Translations under genes and position numbers: made by a program
Notes under the pieces: generated by a model
The model's database searches: none
What the model was told of the DNA's origin: nothing
Seen by the model: the letters and a program-made list of their open reading frames with translations, nothing else
NCBI RefSeq assembly: GCF_018398935.1
Contig: NZ_CP074694.1
Location: 570,001-602,000, forward strand
Length of the DNA stretch: 32,000 nucleotides
Source of the DNA: Telmatocola sphagniphila
Lineage (GTDB): Bacteria > Planctomycetota > Planctomycetia > Gemmatales > Gemmataceae
Reading direction: 5' to 3'
Shown here: one piece after another, positions 15,426 through 21,872 of the stretch
Position numbering within the stretch: position 1 is the first letter of the stretch
Layout: the number at the start of each line of letters is the position of its first letter

Positions 15426-18400
15426 CTATGAAAGCGATTCTGCAAATAATTCGGGCGAGCTACCTTCGCCGTTTCTAGGATCGTCAAAACCCTTAAACCA
15501 GGCAAAGTCCGTGCGACTGAACAAAAATTTATCCTGGGGCAGTATTCGAGAAGGATTATTTTCCCAGTATCCAAAATAAAGCCGGCCCGCCGCGAATTTT
15601 TGTTCGCAGGAAAGAACGATATCGTGTTCCGACGGATAATCAGTCCAATGAACTTCCGAAATCACATCGGCTAACAGGGCCTGAAAATTCGCTTTCGAGG
15701 GGGAGTTCGGTAAGCCCAGGAAGTGCATGGTGGTGCCTTCGGGTAATCTTCCGGTCAACATTGTCTGCGAGAGCTCGTCGAAAGCCCTCTGAATTTCCCG
15801 GTGGAGCAGTTGGGGATCGCGGCCCTCGCTCAGGAACATTTCCACGGAAGAGCTGACCGGCAGGCGCGTTTCGGCCAGGGCGAGCAGTTCTTCGCGAATC
15901 AGTTTCAGGAAGCGATCCTTGTATTGCATTTTCTGCAGGCAGACCTTTACCAGCGCGGAGCATTCCCGGCGGATGCGAACCTGCAAACGCTCATCGAGAG
16001 CGTCCCAATCGTTCTCAGAGATGGATTGGATAACGGAATCGGAGGCTTCCTCGATTTCCTTCGATTTACCCGGCAGGATGTGCAATTCCAGAAATTGTCT
16101 GGTTTCAGGCGGTTTAGAGGCTTTCCGGATCTCTTCCAGCATCTCGCGAGATTGCTCTTTGCAGAAGTTGATGTCTCGGGTGAATTCCGGCAGAATCCCT
16201 TTCCAGCTTTGCAGTACGCACTGAAGGGCATACTCTCTCTGGCTTTCCAGTCGAGTATTTACATAGGTGGAAATCAGCTCGCGAAGTTCCGAACGCGGGT
16301 CGCTGCGGCGTACGCTCAACTTGGGCCCGATGTTATCCAGATTGCCGATAAAATTCAGCATGCGATCGTAGCGGCTCTCCAGCTCGGAAGCGTTTTTGTG
16401 CAGTAACTGCTTGATTTGTTCGATCGTTTCGGTGAGTTCCTGATCGATTCGCTTGAGGAATTTCAAGGAAAACCCAAATCGCTTCGAAGGCATTTCGACC
16501 AGTTGAACGACCATTTCCGACAATCGCTTCTCGGTTTCTTTGGCCAGTTCCTTGAAACATTCCGCAAAGGCACGCTTGCTGGGATGGTCGTCGCCCGAAC
16601 CGGGGGAGCCCACGATTTGAACCAGAGGTTCAATCAGGTTGCAGCATTCGATTTGACTGATTTGTCCGCGTCCTTCGCCGATCGCCTTTTCCGTCTCAAT
16701 CAATTTGTCGAAGATCGAGTATCCCAGTCGGACAGTCAGTTTTTCATCGAGTTGTTTGCGCAGCGAATCGTTATCGAGCCGCTTTTTCTGCAGAAATTCT
16801 TTGGTGAATTGAATCACTTCGGTGCTGTCGGAGCTGGATTCGGTTTCGATCCAGCGATTCTGCAATTGCAGCGTCAGCCGGCCGAGGGAATCCTGAAGTA
16901 ATCTCTGACGGGGCCAAGTCAGCCGGACCGAGGCGACATTGCGGTAAGGATTCGGCACGTCGCGCTTGCGCAGCTCGCCTTCAAACCGGGATTTCCCGAG
17001 GTTGGTAAAACCTTCCTGAATGAGAGTTTCGGAGAGTACTTCGAGGTGTCGAGTCGTCGCACTCTTCACTCCGGTTTTTTCCACCGGATGGAGAGTGATC
17101 GAATCGAACGGCCGCTCGCTGTCGGTAAAAGGCTCTTCCTTCAGCGAATATACCGCCCGGAAAGTCTCTTTGCCGGACATGAAAGTGTCGATTTCCCTCA
17201 GTGCAATCAACGGTTTTTCGAGTTGCAAAGAGTTTTCGTTGGACCAGAGCGAACGCGGCAGGAAGAAGTGGGCCGACACGCGATTCGGGTCGTAACCGAC
17301 CTTCCGCAGCTCCTGCTTCAGCATATACGCCAGATCGAGGGCAATCCCGCTACCGGTTCCCCCCATCAGCGAGCCGACGATGTAAACCCGCGGGAATGTA
17401 CTTCGCAGTCCCAGGCCTTTCGCGCCGGAGATATCGCCGCCTTCGGTATCCCGCATCACCTTTTTCAGCATGCGGCCGAATTTCAACTTCACGGCTGCCT
17501 GATGATCGAGAAGACTCAGTCGGCCCAGAGCCCGGACGCCCATGGTCCCGCCATCGCGGGGAATCTTGTAAAGCAATTCGGGATCGTGCCATTGCTCGAC
17601 AGGCGGAAGTAGAGTCTGCTTAAGGTAGTGGGCCGGGCGATGCAGGCTTAAATGCAGCGTTTCTTCCTTGGAAAGCTGAGTATCCGAGCGATAGGAAGAA
17701 CTGGCATCGATCTCCTGAGAATCGGTGTCGAGAAGCAGATATTGAACGTTTGGCAGCTTCTCGTCCGGGAATTTCTCGCCCAGTTGCTTCTTGATCTGTC
17801 GAATCGAAGCCGCACCGTAACCCCCAATGCCGATGATCAGCATCGGGAACAGAATCCCTTTATCTCTTTTCTCGCTCAACGCCCGCAATTGACCCAGGTT
17901 CTGTGAAGAGGGGGGTAGCGAGGGAGAAGGAGGGGATAGGCTCTGCGAATCCTCCGGTTTGCGTTGTACCGGCGTTTTGAGCTTGGGAACCAGCCGCAAG
18001 GTTTGAGAACGGATCGGCTGCAAGGTCAAAGCAGAAGCGGTCGAGGGAGGTGGTTCCAGTTCGCCCGGCTTGGAGGAGTCGCGTGTTGGAGTGTCGCCGC
18101 TGGGAACCAGGGAGATTTTCGGGGCAACCTCGGGAAGCGAATTTCGCTTGGCCGACTTTAAAGCGCGTACCAGGTCCCGACAAGTGGGATAGCGATCATC
18201 CGGTGTTTTCGAGAGGGCCCTCAGAATGATGGGTCTCTCTTCTTCCGAAAGGCTACTGACGTTGGGAACGGCCGACAAATGCTGCATCATGAGATTGCGA
18301 ACATTCGTTCCACTGAAAGGCCTTTCACCGGTCAATAATTCTTGATAAACAATCGCCATGCTGTACTGGTCGCAAAAGCGGCTGACCCAGCCTTCGAACG

Positions 18401-18968
18401 TTTCCGGAGCGGCGTACAATGGCGTGACGCCGCCGGTCATGGTCGCGCGAATTCCCTGGAGGTCCTTGGCCAAGCCGAAATCGGCCACCTTGATGTGATT
18501 ATAAACCAGAAACAGGTTTTGCGGTTTAATGTCGAGATGCTGCAGTTGGTACTGCTCGTTCATCAAATCGAGAGCCTCGGCCGTTTCCTCCATGTAGGCA
18601 ATGAGTTCATCCCGGGGAATCCCCCGTAACTCCTGTTTGCGGCATTCCTGATAGCGATCCCAGAGATTGCGATCGGCCAACTCCATCACGATCAGCAACT
18701 GACCTTCGACGATATCGAATCGTTCCAGAGAAAGTACGAACGGATGCCGGATGGTCTTGACGCGGTTGAGCGCTTTTAATTCCTGCTCGGCCGACTTATC
18801 CTCGGAACAGGCATTTTCTATGTCCCCATAAACGAATTTAATTGCCTTGAGAATTCCACCGGGGGCCTCGCATTTCCAAACTTCCCCGTATCCGCCTCGG
18901 CCAATTCGCTCAATGAGGCGGTATCCCGGAATAGGTTCGCCGGCATTTATGCTGGGTGAAGCCGCCAT
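15426..18968 (-). CDS. Ser/Thr protein kinase fused to a tubulin/FtsZ-like GTPase domain (paralogue B)
   Basis: The ORF is 1180 aa and collinear with paralogue A. The kinase domain (about nt 18159-18926) has GRGGYGEVW, AIKFV, HLDIKPQN, DFG and YAAPE. A Pro/Ser-rich linker follows (about nt 17853-18158). The tubulin-like module has LIIGIGGYG (17814-17831), LLLDTD and VYIVGSLMGGTGSGIALD, with GGTGSG at 17346-17363. Confidence 0.85.
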   Translation of the reverse strand: MAASPSINAGEPIPGYRLIERIGRGGYGEVWKCEAPGGILKAIKFVYGDIENACSEDKSAEQELKALNRVKTIRHPFVLSLERFDIVEGQLLIVMELADRNLWDRYQECRKQELRGIPRDELIAYMEETAEALDLMNEQYQLQHLDIKPQNLFLVYNHIKVADFGLAKDLQGIRATMTGGVTPLYAAPETFEGWVSRFCDQYSMAIVYQELLTGERPFSGTNVRNLMMQHLSAVPNVSSLSEEERPIILRALSKTPDDRYPTCRDLVRALKSAKRNSLPEVAPKISLVPSGDTPTRDSSKPGELEPPPSTASALTLQPIRSQTLRLVPKLKTPVQRKPEDSQSLSPPSPSLPPSSQNLGQLRALSEKRDKGILFPMLIIGIGGYGAASIRQIKKQLGEKFPDEKLPNVQYLLLDTDSQEIDASSSYRSDTQLSKEETLHLSLHRPAHYLKQTLLPPVEQWHDPELLYKIPRDGGTMGVRALGRLSLLDHQAAVKLKFGRMLKKVMRDTEGGDISGAKGLGLRSTFPRVYIVGSLMGGTGSGIALDLAYMLKQELRKVGYDPNRVSAHFFLPRSLWSNENSLQLEKPLIALREIDTFMSGKETFRAVYSLKEEPFTDSERPFDSITLHPVEKTGVKSATTRHLEVLSETLIQEGFTNLGKSRFEGELRKRDVPNPYRNVASVRLTWPRQRLLQDSLGRLTLQLQNRWIETESSSDSTEVIQFTKEFLQKKRLDNDSLRKQLDEKLTVRLGYSIFDKLIETEKAIGEGRGQISQIECCNLIEPLVQIVGSPGSGDDHPSKRAFAECFKELAKETEKRLSEMVVQLVEMPSKRFGFSLKFLKRIDQELTETIEQIKQLLHKNASELESRYDRMLNFIGNLDNIGPKLSVRRSDPRSELRELISTYVNTRLESQREYALQCVLQSWKGILPEFTRDINFCKEQSREMLEEIRKASKPPETRQFLELHILPGKSKEIEEASDSVIQSISENDWDALDERLQVRIRRECSALVKVCLQKMQYKDRFLKLIREELLALAETRLPVSSSVEMFLSEGRDPQLLHREIQRAFDELSQTMLTGRLPEGTTMHFLGLPNSPSKANFQALLADVISEVHWTDYPSEHDIVLSCEQKFAAGRLYFGYWENNPSRILPQDKFLFSRTDFAWFKGFDDPRNGEGSSPELFAESLS

Positions 18969-19514
18969 TTCTAATGATCCCTGAACGTACAGCCATCCAG
19001 GAACGCGGGCTGCGACTATCCCGGATGATTCCTAAATATAGATCACGAATTATAATCGGGACTGAACGAGCAGTAGAAATCCGCTAAAAGGGAGTTTACT
19101 CCGGAGATAATTTTGGCTTTATAAAAATGCCGGTCCCATCTCCTTCGCTCTGCCCTGGGGCGCAAATTTCATCCCAGATCAAAACGGTCAGGTTATCTGA
19201 GTGGTCATCGGGGATACTTGGTAGAACTTTGGATCCTAGATTTCTCGAGGCGACCCCGGAGAAAGAATAAGAGGTCGGATTCACACGATAGCCTTGCCAC
19301 GCTATCCCTTTCACATGGACATTTTGGGAACACTTCGCTTAGGGTGATTGTCCGTAACAACATCCTCGCTCGCTGCGAAGGCCGTTTGAAAAGCATTCTG
19401 TTCAATCCGGTTTTAAACGACGCGGAAGGATGGTTTTGTTTTCCAGACTCCGAAATTCCTTTCGTTTCACCGATATAAAAAGAATGGGAGTTTCTTCGAA
19501 GTCCGAGACGATTC

Positions 19515-20204
19515 ATGAAGCCGAAAACGATCCAACTGCTGGTCAGCGTGCAAAATGCTGAAGAAGCCGCACTGGTTATGGACTTGGGGGTCGATTGCAT
19601 CGATATTAAAAATCCAAGCGTGGGTTCGTTGGGGCGACCTACTTTCGAAGTCGTGGACGAGGTGGTTAATCTCGTTGCCGATAAGGTGCCCTTAAGCGCC
19701 GCACTGGGAGAGTTCTCCGAAGAACACGATACTCTGGATGTTCGGTTACTGAAATTGCCACTGCGTTATTTGAAGTGGGGCTTGAGCAAACTCGGCTGGC
19801 CAATGCCTTTTGTCAATCACGTTCGCGAGGTGAACGGCTTTGGGCGGATGATCGGGGCCGCATACGCGGATGCTAAAATCTGCGATGCTCCCTCCTTGCC
19901 TAAAGTCGCCTGTCTGGCCAGCCGGTTGAATGCCCCGGTGTTCCTGATCGATACTTTTCAGAAGGATGGTCGATCGCTTTTCGCCCATGTATCTGTGGCG
20001 GAGATCGAACACCTTCGCGAAATGGCTTTCTGGGGAGATATGGAACTGGCCTTGGCCGGCTCCGTGAAGTGGGAAGAACTGCCCGAGATCAAACGAATTC
20101 GTCCCAATTGGCTGGCCGTGCGAGGATTAGTCTGCCAGGAGGGGGATCGCAGAAAGCCAATTGACCCGGAACGGGTAAAACGCTTGAAGCAACTTCTCAA
20201 TTGA
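19515..20204 (+). CDS. mfnB: (5-formylfuran-3-yl)methyl phosphate synthase-like protein (MfnB/DUF556 family, methanofuran biosynthesis)
   Basis: The 229-aa ORF has LLVSVQNAEEA...GVDCIDIKNPSVGSLG, YLKWGL, AAYADA, LIDTFQKDGRSLF, ALAGSVKWEELP and VRGLVCQEGDR. This parallels the archaeal MfnB layout as I recall it, including the D.KNP Schiff-base lysine context. Confidence 0.7.
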   Translation: MKPKTIQLLVSVQNAEEAALVMDLGVDCIDIKNPSVGSLGRPTFEVVDEVVNLVADKVPLSAALGEFSEEHDTLDVRLLKLPLRYLKWGLSKLGWPMPFVNHVREVNGFGRMIGAAYADAKICDAPSLPKVACLASRLNAPVFLIDTFQKDGRSLFAHVSVAEIEHLREMAFWGDMELALAGSVKWEELPEIKRIRPNWLAVRGLVCQEGDRRKPIDPERVKRLKQLLN

Positions 20205-20207
20205 TGC

Positions 20208-20858
20208 CTAGGACTTCTGATAGCCTGCAAGCTGCATCCAGCCTCGAAAATTCAGACACTCCAGCGATAAGGTCGTTTCCGCCGCGATTGTGGGGAAATG
20301 CCCATCGACATAGCCTTCCCGGGCTGCTTTTAGCCAGTTTCCGTCGAATGGGAAGTCCCGAGATTTCAGAAGTACCACTCGGGAAGCACCCAGTTGCCCA
20401 CCAGCCCGCACGGCTATGCTATCGGTCGTGACCGACCAGGATTTGGGAAGGGCCCCGGTGTTTTTCTCATCCCATTCCAGAAAACGGTGACCATCCAGAA
20501 CCAGGATTCGTTCCTGGGGAAGCGACGGCTCAAATTCTTCGAGTAAAGGTTTGCCTGGCAGGATCTGAGCCAGCATCCGAGCGGAAATTCCCAAGGCCCG
20601 CACGGCCAGCCAGTGGGAATCGACATCGTTCAGATGGTGAAGCGGCTGATATTTTCTTAAGGCTTCCACAAAATCGCCGCCGCCCGCCAGCAACAGAATT
20701 TGGCCCTCTGACTGTTGCGCTAACCAGTGTTCGATTGCAATTCCCAGAGTGGGGAGATCGAACAGGCTGCCGCCCACTTTGACAAGCAACAAACTCACCG
20801 AGATTAACTCCCTTAGTGTTTGAAGTGCACGAGCAGTTGAGTGATTGCCCAGGCGCAA
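20208..20858 (-). CDS. Amino acid kinase (aspartate/glutamate/uridylate kinase) family protein, possibly MfnE-like
   Basis: It has the N-terminal LLLVKVGGSLFD motif typical of the amino acid kinase fold, and it sits in the cofactor cluster. The track start overlaps the upstream gene by 46 nt. An in-frame GTG at 20798 (VSLLLVKVGGS) lies just after that gene's TAA and a GGGAG, and is a likely true start. Confidence 0.6.
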   Translation of the reverse strand: MRLGNHSTARALQTLRELISVSLLLVKVGGSLFDLPTLGIAIEHWLAQQSEGQILLLAGGGDFVEALRKYQPLHHLNDVDSHWLAVRALGISARMLAQILPGKPLLEEFEPSLPQERILVLDGHRFLEWDEKNTGALPKSWSVTTDSIAVRAGGQLGASRVVLLKSRDFPFDGNWLKAAREGYVDGHFPTIAAETTLSLECLNFRGWMQLAGYQKS

Positions 20859-21814
20859 GCGGCCGAGGAAAGCTCTTGATCCAAAAGTTGCGATAAAGAA
20901 ACGAAATCAGTCTGGGGCAGACGCTGATTAAATTCGGAATGCCGGGCCAATTCGCGGATCAGAAATTCACCCGACCCGGAGAGGATCGTCCGTGTAAAGC
21001 CGGCTTTATGTCGAGCCAGAACTTTCTCAATTCCCTGCAGAATCCCTTCGGCCTGTAATTGGTAAAACCGCTGAGCCGTGGCAGCGATTTTTTTGTCGGA
21101 GATTGTCGATAAATCCCCACCGAGTGTATGAGCAATTCTAGACTTGGCCTCCCTCTTCGTGGCCGGTTGTCCATCGGCGGTGTTGAAGTTGTCCGGATCC
21201 TCCTCGATATGTTCCAGGACGAGATGCAGATCGAGGGTGGTGGCGAAAACTTCCCGGCAGATACCTTGGCCATCCAGCATCGGAAGCGGAGTTCGGCCTA
21301 CACCGATATAGACTAATTCGTCGGATTGAAGTCGCTCAAAATCGGTTTTACCCCGGCTGGCTGGTTTACCTTTGAGGATAGGAATAATATCGGTGGTGGT
21401 GGAACCGATATCGATCAGCAAGCTGCGATCGTCGGAATAGATCAGTCCGCAATAACTGGCCAGGGCGTGCCAATTGGAGGAGGCCGTTTTCAAATAGTCG
21501 ATACGGGCACTTTCGATCGTCTGAAAACCCTGGTCCACCTGCCAGATTTGCAATTCCTCTTCGGGAAATATTTTTAATACTTCATCGAGTATGCGATTAA
21601 CGCCTTCCTGTTTGGTCGAATAGCAGTCGCAGGATTCGCCGGTCATGCAGATGCCGACCAGATCGTATTTGGGCATCTGCCTGGCAGCTTTTTTTAGCAG
21701 TTTGTGCAACTTTTTGGGGGACTTCCAGAGTGCGAAAGGCAAGGTGAAAGCTCTGCCTTTACTGTGGGCGATTTTTATGTTCGCCCCCCCAATATCCAGA
21801 CCGAGATAGTTCAT
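20813..21814 (-). CDS. Hydantoinase/ASKHA-fold protein of the H4MPT-linked C1-transfer pathway family (possibly MfnF-like)
   Basis: The 333-aa ORF has the N-terminal ASKHA phosphate-1 motif MNYLGLDIGGANIKIAH and a second motif, LLIDIGSTTTDIIP. It is adjacent to mfnB. The family link to H4MPT/methanofuran genes is recalled, not searched. Confidence 0.6.
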   Translation of the reverse strand: MNYLGLDIGGANIKIAHSKGRAFTLPFALWKSPKKLHKLLKKAARQMPKYDLVGICMTGESCDCYSTKQEGVNRILDEVLKIFPEEELQIWQVDQGFQTIESARIDYLKTASSNWHALASYCGLIYSDDRSLLIDIGSTTTDIIPILKGKPASRGKTDFERLQSDELVYIGVGRTPLPMLDGQGICREVFATTLDLHLVLEHIEEDPDNFNTADGQPATKREAKSRIAHTLGGDLSTISDKKIAATAQRFYQLQAEGILQGIEKVLARHKAGFTRTILSGSGEFLIRELARHSEFNQRLPQTDFVSLSQLLDQELSSAACAWAITQLLVHFKH

Positions 21815-21872
21815 TCGGAGAGTCCCATATAATACAGAGATTCTGAGATGTCTTAGGGAATCGGGAAGACTG

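Noticed and set aside
19096-19314. A 72-aa minus-strand ORF upstream of kinase-tubulin-like gene B.
   Set aside because: It starts with GTG, has no obvious ribosome-binding site, uses several rare-looking codons (ata, cta, tta) and has no recognisable motif. I cannot support it as a gene. I flagged the region as a finding instead.
19205-19600. A 131-aa minus-strand ORF.
   Set aside because: It overlaps the 5' end of the well-supported mfnB-like gene on the opposite strand, and its sequence is low-complexity and motif-free.
20799-20858. A 46-nt overlap between the amino-acid-kinase-fold ORF and the upstream ASKHA-fold gene.
   Set aside because: It is probably an artefact of taking the longest ORF. 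An in-frame GTG at 20798 follows the upstream TAA and a GGGAG, and gives the canonical N-terminus VSLLLVKVGGS.
21828-21833. A TATAAT hexamer 40 nt upstream of the Hsp70-like gene.
   Set aside because: There is no acceptable -35 element at 17 +/- 1 nt, and planctomycete promoter consensus is poorly defined. This is too weak to report as a promoter.
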